Below, in pieces: positions 26,060-38,329 of a stretch of 64,000 bases of DNA (positions are counted from its first letter, which is position 1; each line of letters begins with the position of its first letter). A program made the position numbers and the translations under genes. The notes beneath the pieces were generated by a model. That model did no database searches, had not been told where the DNA came from, and worked only from the letters and a program-made list of their open reading frames with translations. The stretch spans positions 6,448,001 to 6,512,000 of the forward strand of contig CDPCPM010000049.1 in assembly GCA_976551045.1 (NCBI GenBank), written 5' to 3'. The stretch comes from Glaucostegus cemiculus. Taxonomy: Eukaryota.

Positions 26060-26370
26060 GTGATACAGCATGTAAACAGGGCCTTCAGCTCACCTCCTCT
26101 GCACTGACCATCTACGCTAATTCTGCATCAATCCCACTTTTTAATCTCTCCACAATCCTACCAACTTCTCTCAGATTCTACCACTCATCTCCATATTAGG
26201 GGCAATTGACAGTGGCCAATTTACTTACCAATATGCAGATCTTTGGGAAGCGGGAGGAAATCAGAGCACCTGGAGGAACCTCACGCAGTCATATGAAATA
26301 CATGCAGAGGATATTTGAACGTGCAGAGGATTGAACCTGGGTCTCTTTTCTACTGCTTGTCCCACTGTGC
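26060..26370 (-). mobile_element. V-SINE copy
   Basis: ctttgggaagcgggaggaaatcagagcacctggaggaacctcacgcagtca and ggattgaacctgggtc (reverse V-domain and B box). Confidence 0.75.
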
Positions 26371-27119
26371 TCTCTACAAAGGACAGGTAATTCTCCAAAT
26401 AGAGTGCTGTGTGGGAGGTTTCACACAAAGCCAACCAACATTAAAATTCTGAGGGAGGCCCAAGACATTATGCACTATGGTGAAGGCTACCTTATGCAGC
26501 AAATGCTGTTCAATCACAATTCCACCATTACACAGCTGGCAGTGGAAGACAGGCAGGATGCAGATAACATTGAGGGATGGGAGGAAGGGGAAGGGAGAAT
26601 CAGGGCTGGTCAAGGTCTATTATTGGATGACAGGGAGGAGTTGGTAACTTGAGCATTGAGGTTCAGAGGCAGATGCATGAAAAGGCTCTTAAGACATCAG
26701 CAGCTATGGTGGAAAGAGTGAACACTAAGAAGCCTATGTAGAGGAATAATCTGAAATAATACAAAAGGTATCCCAGACTTCACAGCATTGATCTAAGGTG
26801 AAGTCCTCTTTGCCTCCAGTTAAGATCTGCTTTGGTGCAAGTTGCCCCCATGAGCACAATAATTTTACATGTGACATCAAAACACACATTGCAAGACATT
26901 TGAAGTCTCTATAGGGGCCTGCCATAGGTAGACACATCCCACACATGAAAGACCCAGATCTAATTTGCAGAAGTTGACATTCACATAGCACACCAAATAT
27001 TGCACTGAACAAGAGAATTTCCAGCCCACTGGATTGTTCTTGTTAAAAATGGCCATCTCCATAGTTTTGTTCGGATTTCTGTTAACATTTTGCTGATGTT
27101 GCAGTGAGAGATCAGGAGA

Positions 27120-27730
27120 TCACAGGAATTCCTGCTATAAAATTCTTCAGCCCAGAAGGAGATCATTTAAACCACTGCACTGACCTCTAAATATCTCTCC
27201 ACTTAGTCCTGCTTCTCTGCCCTTCTCCTATACCTTTTAAGTCTTTTTCATGTATCCACTTCATTTTAAAAAAATATTAATCATTTGTATTTTAAAGACT
27301 GTTTCAGATAGAACATTCTCAATAACAGCTTTGCAATAAAGCAGTCTTACAACCCATCCCCTTTTATATAGAAGCATACAGCATAGAATGCTGTTATTTG
27401 GCCAATCGTATCTGTGTCAATCCTTCAGTCGGGCTAAAAACTTGTTCTATCCCTGCTGTTTCCCCCTTGGTTTGAATATTTGTTCCTTTCAAATACTTAA
27501 ACAACATTCTTTTGAAAGTAACTGCCAAATTGACACTCAACATTCCTTCAGGCGGTAACTTCCAGATTGTGGCAACTCATTATGTTTGTTAAAAAAAACT
27601 TCCCATATGCCAGGTCTGGTTATACTGCTGAACACCTTAAATCTGGGTCCTCTGGTTACCATCCCTTATACTATCAAAAGCTGTTTTGTTTTATTGTCTG
27701 AAAACCCTTCAGAACTCTGAATGAAGATTA
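27120..27730 (-). mobile_element. Decayed CR1 3' ends (probably two)
   Basis: accttaaatctgggtcctctggtt (reverse TRGHRFK-like) and ttccagattgtggcaactc. Confidence 0.55.
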
Positions 27731-29002
27731 TCAAATTCAGTAGCAACCACCAAAAATCCAGGTATCTCGCCTAATCCTTTTGTCAGTTATCTTGATGTTG
27801 AAGGAAATTTTCAATGACCTTCTGGTAATTGCAAACATTGACACCTAGAGAAAGGACAACAGTTTATAGCTCCCCAGTATCACTGATACTCTTCCAAATA
27901 CCAGGCATCTTGACCCAGATTACACTACGTGATGAACTATCTCCTCAACCCGGACATCCTGGAGTTGGACATTGTCATTGGCACCAGCCCTCTACAGTTT
28001 CTTTTTTGAGTGAGGTCATGGAATTCCTCTTCGTTCTGCTCGCAGGGGTGGCCTGACTTATTCCTTGAAGTAATTTCTGTTCCCACTACATGTCTCCTCT
28101 TTTCCTTCTGTATTGCTTGCTCAAAAAATGTAGAAATAGTTCCAAAAGGATTGTAGTGGAGTACCATATTTTAGCTGCAGTAGCATAAACAGGTATGAGT
28201 TAAGCACACATATTCAAGCAATATTGAATTTCTAGGCCATGGGTGGTTTTCTGTTCCATTGGCTTAGGTTGCCCCTTTTATCTCCTCACTTTATGAATTG
28301 GGTACAGGAAGAAACTTGTGCCATTACAACTGAGCAATCCTAACATCGGAATATCAGAGAGATAATCAGAACAAGACCTGCCAATATTTTTGTAACATTA
28401 ACAATACACTTCATATTGCTTTTATTTTGTCTACTTTATTCTTGGCAAGAATTTTTTCAGATCTTGAGTCACATTGTAATAACACTCCATTACCATATAC
28501 TACACAACTGGAAGGTGTATTTAAACCCTTGACAGCAGAAAGAGCTATAACCCTGGCCCCCAGATGATGATAATGTGGCTGTATTTAGTGTCATGGTTTC
28601 TCCCTGACCTGCCATCTTGACAGAATTTTGATTTGTCCAGAGCTGTGCTGTACCAATCAGTTTTCACATTCAGGAGTCTGAATTGTGCATGGGAAATATC
28701 TACATCCGAAAACTTTATTACAAGTATGACTTTTGAATTTGGTGGTTTGGTGCTCTCAAACCTGGAGAGCAGTGAAAATTAGCAACCTGGCAGATTGTGG
28801 CTCTCACAATACAACTTGTGCAATTGTAAACAATGGATGGGGAAGGAACTTTGTTTTTTAAAAAAAGTTGTATTTGTTCAATATAATAAGAACTGGAGAG
28901 AGGTTTAATTAGAGTATCTCCATTGGTTGAAACTTCATCTATACACCTACATTAAATTATATTAATTTCTATCATGAGGTTTTATTTTTTCTTTCCTCAC
29001 AG

Positions 29003-29125
29003 ATATTGATGAGTGTTTAATAAATAATGGAGGATGTGACCATTTCTGCAGGAATACAGTTGGCAGCTTTGAGTGTAGCTGTCGAAAAGGCTACAAGCTT
29101 CTGACAGATGAGCGATCTTGCCAAG
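29003..29125 (+). CDS. SCUBE1: SCUBE1 coding exon, calcium-binding EGF repeat 7 (123 nt, phase 1-1)
   Basis: Long polypyrimidine tract then cacag|, donor G|gtaagt. Translates (D)[40 protein letters not shown](D). Not in the ORF track. In frame with the previous exon. Confidence 0.95.
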
Positions 29126-30339
29126 GTAAGTATCCGTCCACATCATTTCTTCGTCTGTTTGCAATAAAAAAATAAGTTGGTAATTCCACACCTGGATACC
29201 AATGTTCAAATGATGCTAGTTTGCTTAAACTAAAACCTTATAGAGAACATGACAGAATTTTGGTGTTTCTGAACAAGTTACATCAAGGTGCACAATACAA
29301 TTGATTCTGATCTGAGAATGTATGCTGATGGTTTATTTTAGTTTGGAATTGAACAAAGACTTTTATATTAACATTATAACAAGAAAGCTTCAAAGAACTT
29401 GTTTTCAACTTTCACGACAGGGCAGAAATATGGCAATAAGAGTTCAGGTGTCCATTGTGCTTCCTATCAGGTTTTCATTGACAGACCCTAATTTTTGTAT
29501 TAAAAGCACCACCATCTGAAAACAATATGGTATGGCTTGTTCAGGATTGTTTCAGGATGTTTGGGTGTGGGCGCAAGATGAAATTTTTATTCTCATTTTG
29601 CCCAGCAATGGCAAAATCTATCCTTGGTACCCACTCCAGGACCAAATTGACACCAAGAGCAGCTTTTTAAAAAGAATGAGTTAATCCAGTGAGAGAAAAT
29701 TGTTTCTTCAAATCTTCTGTGCAAGGTAATGAACCATGTAAACAATAGTGCCATTAAACAAGAAATGTCTTTGAAGATGAGTATGTGAAGGATTTCTCAT
29801 GTGAATGCCTATACTTTTTTTCTCATTGGATACGTGTTTGGAAACCATACAATTGATTTTCTTTCACTGAGACATTTTGGAGAAAGAAAAGTATCTTCAG
29901 AATTCATTTTGTTGACCAAGGGACTTGATCATGTGACCAGTGATGGATTGTACCTTATCTTTTATTGGCTCCAGAAGCCAAACCAAAGATTGCAGAATTG
30001 ACCCCATCAATAAAATGCAGTCCATGTTCAGGGTCAAAGCTACTTAGTGAGTTTATGCTGATCTTTGCTCTGTTTCTTTCCTCTGAGACAAACAAATTGA
30101 CAGAATTCATATGTTAAGTTCTTGGCTTTGATGAAGTAACAGTTTTGGCATTGTTTGGAGCCAAATATCAGACAATTGATTCTAACTAATGACTTGATAT
30201 TAGATTGGCTGCGTCTTCAGTTCTAGTTATTGTTTACCGTTGTTAGCCAGTTTTGCATTTCAAAGATTAAGTATTAATGTTACAAGTTCTAAGCACGTCA
30301 AATGTAAATTCACCTCTTGAAACAATTCAGTTTTCATTT

Positions 30340-30705
30340 TGACTCAGTGATAGAACTCTTGACCAGAGTCGAGCTTTAGGTCAAAAGGTTAAGGTTCAAG
30401 CCCTACTTTACATGTAATCTAGGATAATATGTCAGTGCAGGACTAAGAGCCTGAATTATTGGAGAGGAAATCTAATGGATGGCCAGTCTTTCTCCCAGGT
30501 GCAGATAAATAACCCAAAGGAACATGTGAAGTAAATGTGTCTTAGCAAAACAAACGCAAAAGATTAAATTGCTACTTATTACTTGTTGTTTGTGAGACTA
30601 TGTTGAGCACATTCACATTTTTGCTTGTAAATACACTTTTCAAAAAGTATTTCCTTGGCTGTAACCCATTTTGAAAAATACTGAGGAAATGGAAACTTTC
30701 AAGTA
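30340..30705 (+). mobile_element. Deu-domain SINE
   Basis: gactcagtgatag...ggttcaagccctact...atctagg...gtcagtgcaggactaagag...caaaaagtatttccttggctgtaa. Confidence 0.7.
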
Positions 30706-31607
30706 ACTATAGATTTGTTCTTCTATTTGACTGCACCAAATAGTTAAAAGTATTATTTGCTAACACTGATCCTGCATTTTTGGAAACACCGAAGTTTAAC
30801 CAATAGTTTCAAGCAATCAGTAATTTTTAAATGTATGAACATGATTTTGTAAAGCTGCGGGTTACTATGAGATATAAATCTCTCAACTATTTCCTGTTCA
30901 ATGTTTTATTATGTTTATTGAGGTTGGCAGATTTTGGTTTGAAATATGGATAAAGTGCATTGCTGAAATAAATTAACTTTGTATGTTGCCCTCCCCTTTA
31001 CGTATCACAGGATAGTAAATGGTTCAGGCTGCATTGTAAGGTCATAATTCTGTCCTTCATAGTTGTTTCATAAACTAAGAAAATAAAACTCAAAACCATT
31101 ACAACGTCTGAATCTGTTCCTTGGGGTTTCATAGATTACAACACATTGTCTTGTTCCAAATATTTCAAAATTGACTGCTCTGCTGGTAAGTCTAAGGGGA
31201 TTGTATCAATCAAGTAATAGGGTAATAAAGATGATCTTTAGATACAAATTCTGATATATTGCACCATATGATTGTTAGTAATTTGAGAGTTTGCCATTAT
31301 GCTATGCACATGTTTTTCATTATTTTTTTTGCCTTATTAATTACAAGAAACCTGCACATCTTTCTAAAATAAAAAGGGATTACATTTAAGCGATGAGTTA
31401 TCTATGCAATTTTGCACAATATTTCCTGATATACCTTTTAGGCTCCAATCTGGGCAGATTATTTCACTCAAGAAGGATACTAGTTTGTCATGGTATTCTA
31501 TGACTATATAGTAAGACTATTAGCCCTTATAATTTTTCCTTTCTTTAACATTATAAGTGCTAATTTTTGTAGCTGCCATTGTTTATCTGCCTTGTTTTCT
31601 CCCCCAT

Positions 31608-32572
31608 ACAATACTGCAAATGCTGGAAATCTGACTAAAATAATTCTGGAAATACTCAACAAGTCAGGCAGAATCCACAAGAGGGAAGATTTTAATTTCA
31701 AGTCCATGATCGGTCATCAGAAGTGGGAAAATACAGATATAGGAAGGGGCAAGAGGATTACAAAGAAAGGTCTCTGAGAGGGTGGAGGCTAGAAGAGATT
31801 AAATGATGAAAGGTGTGATAAATTAGGGTGAAAGCGCATTAGCAAACAACAAAAGGAGGGTCCGGAGTCGGTGCATGTAGGAGAAGAATATTAATCTAAA
31901 ATTACCAGCAGAGAGAAAATAACTACAAATGCTGGAAATGAAAAACTGCTAGACTTATTATTGAATCCTTTGGCTGCAGTGTGTAGAATGAGACAGTGTG
32001 TTGCTGTTCCTTGAGTTTGCATTGGGCTTTGTTCGAACAGTGTGAGAAATGGAAGTGGCAGCTCAGAAGAGGTCAGAGTGGGTTAGAGAATTAAAGTGGC
32101 TGGTAACTGAAAGCCTAGGGTCACCCTAGTGTACTGAATGGTGGTGTAATGCAAAGGGGTCATTACCCCTGTGTTTGGTTTCCCCAAATGGAGTATTATC
32201 AGCAATTACAGCTTTTGCATTGCACACTTCCAACATTCAGCTTTTTCCCCTCATTCTGTCAGTAATTTTGGATGATTACTCTTCTCCATTTCTCACCTCT
32301 TCCAGAGCTACCTTTTGTTATTAGCACATTTCCCATTCTCTTTCACCCATTCCAGCACCCCTTCTGTCATTTCATCAATCCCAGACCTTCCTTTGCCTTC
32401 TCTGTTTTCTGTTCCTCCCACCTCACCCCCTTTCTCTGAATATTAGACCTTGCTTTGCCTCTACCTTCCCTGTTCTGCTGAAAGGTCAACAACCTGAAAT
32501 GGTATCTCTGTACCTCCCTCTAGAGGTGCTACCTGACCTGCTAAGTACTTCCAGCATTATCTCTTCTATTTG
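31608..32572 (-). mobile_element. Penelope-like (Poseidon-type) retroelement remnant: GIY-YIG C-terminus plus inverted terminal repeats
   Basis: Minus strand ~32190-31960 reads FGETKHRGNDPFALHHHSVH*GDPRLSVTSHFNS...HCSNKAQCKLKEQ...TLQPKGFN, matching the Penelope GIY-YIG pattern IGETKRRLxDRFAEH...HFNS...TLQPxGLN. Inverted arms at ~31608-31720 and ~32465-32572. Confidence 0.85.
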
Positions 32573-32654
32573 CCTTTCTCCTTAATGCCCTTATTGTTTA
32601 TTTTTTAATCTCTAATTTTCTTTTCTTGTTTCTTTGATGTAGGCTTGCTGGGTT

Positions 32655-33050
32655 GGCCATGGTTAAGTTATACTGCCGTTGAGTCAGTAGATCATGTGTT
32701 AAAGTTCACACTCCAAAGACTTGAGCATAAAATCTAGTTGACATTGTACCTGAATGAGTGGACTTAATAAATAGTGCACAGTGTCATCTTACAGTTGAGA
32801 CATTATGTTATGGGCCTACCTTTCCTTTCAGGTAGACAAAAGATTTGAAGAGGAGCAGGGGAATTCTCCTTGCTATCCTTCAAACAACATAAAAAAATGT
32901 CTTTACCTCATTGCTGGTTGAGGTACTTAGCTGTGCTTAAAATAATTGCCACATTTCCTACAATCCAAACTGACTATATTTCAAAGGTCCTCTATGAGTT
33001 GTAAATTGCTTTGAAATGACTTGTGCTCATGAATGTTGCTGCATAAAGTT
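32655..33050 (+). mobile_element. Deu-domain SINE
   Basis: gagtcag...actccaaagacttgagcataaaatctag...gaagaggagcaggggaattctcc...catttcctaca. Confidence 0.8.
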
Positions 33051-33369
33051 TGTTTTCTGTGTAAACCTCTTTAGTAAAGTTTCATTGGACTTGGTGTACA
33101 GAGAAAGTCTTTACCCCACAGCTCTTCCATTTTAATTGTTTGACTTCAAGTAATCCTTACAAGGCAAAATAAACTTCAATTGTGTTGTAAAATCAACAAT
33201 AACACCTCTGCCTTAAAAGGCCAAATTATTCTTTATTAGGCTGTTGCTTAATGCTACCTCTCAAGGAAAGAAATCCACCCAAGTAGCCATGACAAGATTG
33301 ATCTCATTTTCTACTCCCTGCTGTTACAATAACCAATTCATGCCTAAAACATATTACAATATTTCCTTA

Positions 33370-33700
33370 TAACATGGAAAGAGGCCATTTTGGCCTATTG
33401 AGTCTATGTAGAGCAGTCACCTTTCCCCCATTGATTTTCCCTATAACCTATTGACTGCAGATTCTACCACTCACCTGCCCACTAGGGGCAATTCAGAATG
33501 GCCAATTAACCTATCAACCCACTCACCTTTGGAAAGTGGGAGGAAATCAGAGAACCCAGTGAAAATCCACACAGCCACAGGGGGATGCAAGAGATCCTGC
33601 AGATGCTGGAATCTGGAGCAACACACAGGGAGAACACGTAAACTTCAAACAGTATCAAAGATAAGCATTGAACCAGCTTGCTGGAGCTGTGAGACAACAG
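33370..33700 (-). mobile_element. V-SINE copy interrupted by a ~41-bp Penelope end
   Basis: gtgggaggaaatcagagaacccagtgaaaatccacacagccacaggg [insert] agaacacgtaaact...attgaaccagcttgctggagctgtgagaca. Confidence 0.8.
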
Positions 33701-34706
33701 TTCTTGTAACCATTAAAAGTGACAGTCGAGCACATAGCACCTGAGCGAACAAAAAAATTCCAGTTTTTTGGAGTAACTAAGAATTGATATGTTCCTTTGT
33801 ATTTTTTGAGCTAATTTACATTTCATTGGCCTACCGTCCACAGCAATGATATATTAATGAAGAGAGGATACATTTGGGTATCTTGGAATGAGGCTTTTAA
33901 AGATGATGATTAACAATAGAAGTTGGTGCTGAAATTTTCCTAACTTTCTGCAGAGTATGAAAGTCAAATTTCTGAATTATCTATAATAAATACAATCAAA
34001 TTCTTTCATCCATGGAAGAATGAAAATAACCACCCCTCATTATAAAGAATGATGTGGATGAAAAAGAAGGAAGGAAAGTGTTAACTTTTTAGCTGTTCTG
34101 GTACAAATTAACTGCTTATTCAAATCCCGTTTGTTGGGCAGTGATCTGGAAAATCGCAACAATAAGGACACTGTGCTCAGCCACAAGCTTCATTTAACAT
34201 CTAGAACTACTAAAGACTCCCATTCAAAATAAGCTGGCCTGGGGATATTCTGCCAGATCAGGAAATATACCAATCACACCTAAGTGAATATTCTAATACT
34301 TGTAATTAACACTGCAGGCAAATGAATCACTCCCATCATTTTCATTAACAAACTTCAGTTTTTATTTATTATTGTCCCAGTAACATTAAAGGCTATCAGT
34401 AGAGAAAAAAGTCCCTGGAAGGAAAATAAACTATATATTGCTCCCTCAAGTGCAATAATGTTATAAATGTTTTTGGCTCACAGCCCCAGAAATGGCCCTG
34501 TTCCAGTGCTTTGGAATATAGCATTCATCACCTTTGGAATTAAACAAGTGTTTAGAGCAGGCTGGTACTGAGTATATGAAGGTCGTTGTTACAATGAGAT
34601 CCTGCAGAGCACATATTAAAACAACCTAGAACAGACAGCATTGAAAGTATGGCATGAAATTTGTCTTATGAGTGGTGTTTGATCATTGGCTAAATGATAT
34701 AAAATG

Positions 34707-34910
34707 CACAACAACAAACATTCTGCTAGAAGAAAGCAGTGGCTCGAGCAGCATCTGTGGGAGCACTGGAATTGTCAACGTTTCGGGTATGAAACCATGT
34801 GGCAGGAACCACCACTCCTTTCCTCCCACAGATGCTGCTCAACTCACTGAGTTCCTCCAGCAGATTGTTTGTTCTCCATATTCTAGCATCTGCAATCTCC
34901 TGTGCCTCCA
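34707..34910. mobile_element. Miniature inverted (hairpin) Penelope-terminus insertion
   Basis: Arms acaaacattctgctagaagaaagcagtggctcgagcagcatctgtggga and tcccacagatgctgctcaactcactgagttcctccagcagattgtttgt. Flanked by atataaaatg direct repeat. Confidence 0.85.
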
Positions 34911-35144
34911 ATATAAAATGTACATTCGAGTCTCTTCTGCTGTTTGCAGGCTGATTTCTTTTAAAGCCTGCTCCTTAAAATGGTAAACATTCAAGCACCC
35001 AAAACAATTTTTCTTAACCTGAGCATTCAGAACTAGAAAGAAATTTTCAGAACATGCTTTTACATTCAGAAGTAATCTTGTGACACCAAAAGACTTTAAT
35101 GTACGTTGGTATATTTCATCATTGCAAGAAAAAAATCCATTTCT

Positions 35145-35430
35145 ATAGCATCATTCTTGACTTCAGGATATCCTAAAGTTCTTCACAGTCAATTGAATAC
35201 TTGAAACAGGCACTTTTTTAAGGTAAGAAAATGTGAGGGTCATATTTTATACAGTGCTGCCTCATAGCAGCAGTGGCATAAATTATTAGATAATCAGTCG
35301 TCATGATGTTGGTGGAAGGAATAATATTGCCCTGAGCATTGGGACTTTCCCGTGTTTCCTTCAGTACTGCCATGGAATTTTTTATGTCCTTTCAAAAGGA
35401 AGGTAAGAGATTTAAAGTTCCACCCAACAA
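35145..35430 (-). mobile_element. Deu-domain SINE (partial)
   Basis: caggatatcctaaagttcttcacagtcaattgaatactt...ataatcag...tgccatggaatttttatgtcc. Confidence 0.7.
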
Positions 35431-35504
35431 GTGAGATCATGCATGCAATTCTCTCGAATCTGGCTTGAATGCAGGACTTCCTCACACTTTTTTAAAATGC
35501 CAGA

Positions 35505-35920
35505 TGTGGCTAGGTTGGTAGCACTCCTGTCTCTGAATTGGAAGACTGTGGATTCAAGTTTCACTCCAGAAATAGAGTACAGAAGGTTGGGGTGACTCTC
35601 CATTCCAATACTGAGGGACAGCAGTTAGAAGTACAACATTAAATTAACACCCCACCTGCCTCCAGAAGTAGTCATAAAACAATCCAATAGCACTGTGTTG
35701 AAGGTGAATTGTCCCTTCTGTCCCAACCAATTTTTATCCCTAAATCAAAATTATGAAAACTGATCATCTGCTTGTTATCATGCTGGTGTCTGTCGGAGAT
35801 TTTGACAGTCAATTTACGCTCAACATTTCCAAACTGTAGCAGTGAGCACACCTCAAAGGTGCTTAATTGCCTATATGGGCTTTGGAATGTTTTGAAGAGG
35901 AAGTAAAGGAAATGCTTTTC
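35505..35920 (+). mobile_element. Deu-domain SINE
   Basis: ggtagcactcctgtctctgaa...ggattcaagtttcactccaga...tactgaggga...cctcaaaggtgcttaattgcc. Confidence 0.75.
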
Positions 35921-37499
35921 CCTGTGTTTCTCTTCCTCATTCATAGGTTGGCCAAGACTGACATTCTATAAGTGAAGTCCCATAGCATCAGGGGACTATA
36001 GGAACTGCTCATCCTGCTATTGGACCCAGTGTCGAGCACATTAACAATGAGAATCCAAGCCAATTCCTTGTGGCCAGTTATAATGATTAGGATTGGCTAG
36101 TTTAGCATGAATACACCTTGAAACTGATACTTCTCTGAACTTGATAATTACATTTAGTCAATTGAACTAATAAGGTGCCCAACTACTTATGAAATGTTTG
36201 AGAAGTTATAATAATGGTGAGATCTTTGTTAATAAAACTGCTATCAGTCAGATTTGTAAGCTATTTAACTTTTAATATATACATTTCAGAGCCAAGCACA
36301 TGGATACTTCCTTTAAGATTCATCAGTTTCTGTGTCAGTAAAAGCAGGCATCACGAAACTGAACTTTACAGGATTAAAGTAGCACAAGGAAATGTCCAAA
36401 GTAGTTTATGTTAAACAGATGTGAATGGGGTCTGGCAGGGAACGATGAAGAAACAGTATTGCCTATGCCAAATGTCGTCACATTTACTGGCACTCAAGCA
36501 AAGATTTTTTTTAAAGTTCACATTTCCAAAAGTCCGGAAAGTAAATCTATGTGCTATGGAATTTCACTTTCCCAAATGCATCCAGCAAAATAGGTGGACA
36601 ATTGACTTGAAACTTCTAAACAGTGTACTATTCATCTTGCAGTCATTGGCGTGTCCTTCAGTTGGTTTCATCCAAATAAAGTTACATTTACTGTTCAAGA
36701 ATTGATCCTGTCAGGCAACGTGAAAAGTACTTGTGAAGATATTTTTTAATCAATTTATAAGCCAATTTCCACCCAGCTCATAAGTAATCAATCTGCTGAC
36801 ATTTTTTGATTTCTGAAATTTATTGATAGAAGTTCATGCAATGTTTCTTCAAGCCAAAATCTCAGATAATTTTTTTTGTTAAATCTCTCTGTATTCAAAA
36901 CGAAATCATGTACATGTCAATGAAAAGTTTGGTGACTGCACAAATGCTGATGTACATTTATTTATTCTTTTTTTTTGTATTTCATGGATTGAGTCCATCT
37001 TTCTGCAGGACATGTTGGTGCAGCCTCACAAATAAGTTTTCATTCACAACAGCCAAAGTTAATATTAAAGTCAGAAATGTTGGGCCTGATTGTAAAGCTT
37101 CTCCTTTCAGTGCACTGATTTTTCTCATAACGTCCTCGGGGGAGAAAACAAAATCAGTGACCGAAATCTAAATATATAGTTCTCAATAAGATTAAATGAA
37201 AGATTTTGTTCTTCAAGCTTGCTTTCAAATGTAGAGCTTAAAAACATTTTTTACAGAAGTTGAAGTGGTAAATTTGGCTTTGGGAGCATGCATTTTATGC
37301 CCTGATTGTTCTGTTTCAAGATGTGTCTGTTAGCATGAAGCACACTAAAAACCTTCTTGGTAAAGGCACTAATAGGTTGTGCACTTAACATCTGTTGGAA
37401 GTAACAGAGCAGGCAGATGATGGCATCGATCAGTGTGCTGTATACTGTCATTCTGGGGCTCCACTCTCTCACTGATGACTTCACATTACTGAGCACCAA

Positions 37500-37797
37500 T
37501 TTCACAACATTAAAGCTGCCATGTCCTGCATTCCACCGTCCCCATTCCAGGCATTGGTTAAAGTATTTAAATAAATAACTATTTATTTATTTACCGGCCA
37601 TTTTTAATTTAATCTGCGTATTAATTTAAATTTAACTTCCGTAGTTTTTAATGTTTAATGTTTATTCTGCTAAGTGTGTCTGTGTGTCTCTGTTGGTTGT
37701 TATTTAATGGGACGAGCACCTGAGGAGGACGGTATCTCGCTCCTATGCATACTATGTATGTATATGGTTGTGATAATAAAACTGATTCTGATTCTGA
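37500..37797 (+). mobile_element. LINE 3' end with (ATTCTG)n tail, Rex/Babar-like
   Basis: Ends taataaaaactgattctgattctga, the same tail type as the reverse copy at ~54985-55003. Confidence 0.5.
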
Positions 37798-37839
37798 AGT
37801 AGGTTAACCTACTTAACAAGTTAGGTTTAAAAAAAACAG

Positions 37840-38245
37840 AAAATACTGAAGATAATCAATGTAATCAATGGATCAGGCAGCATCTACACAGTGAGAAACT
37901 CTCAACATTTCTGGTCAATTACCTTTCATTAGAACTGGAAAATAAGAAAAGCAAGGGTGCTTTCAGTTGCTCAGAGCTGGTGAAGGGGACAAAGGGAATA
38001 TCTGTGATAGGGCAATGAACGAGATTGTCCATGCTGTTAGTACCATTGATGAGAGGGCAATGAAGGCTCGCTAATCAGAGCTAATCTGGCAGGGGAGTCT
38101 AAATAGAAGGGTAGATAGGGAGAGAGGGCAATGCTGGAACTGTGAGAACAAGTCATTGCTGGAAATCTGAGTCAAAAGAAAATGCTGAAAATGAGTATTC
38201 AGGGCTCTCAGAGGATCAAGTAGCATTTGTGGAGAGAGAGAAATA
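37840..38245 (-). mobile_element. Penelope-like terminal repeats (two partial units)
   Basis: tcaggcagcatctacac...aacatttctggtcaattacctttcattagaact, and tgctggaaatctgagtcaaaagaaaatgctg...agcatttgtggagaga. Confidence 0.7.
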
Positions 38246-38329
38246 AAGGGAGAAAGAAATAGGGTAACTAAGATTAAAGGAGTAGACACATGGCTCTAGG
38301 CTGGTATAGGAGAAATAGGTTCTGTTTCA

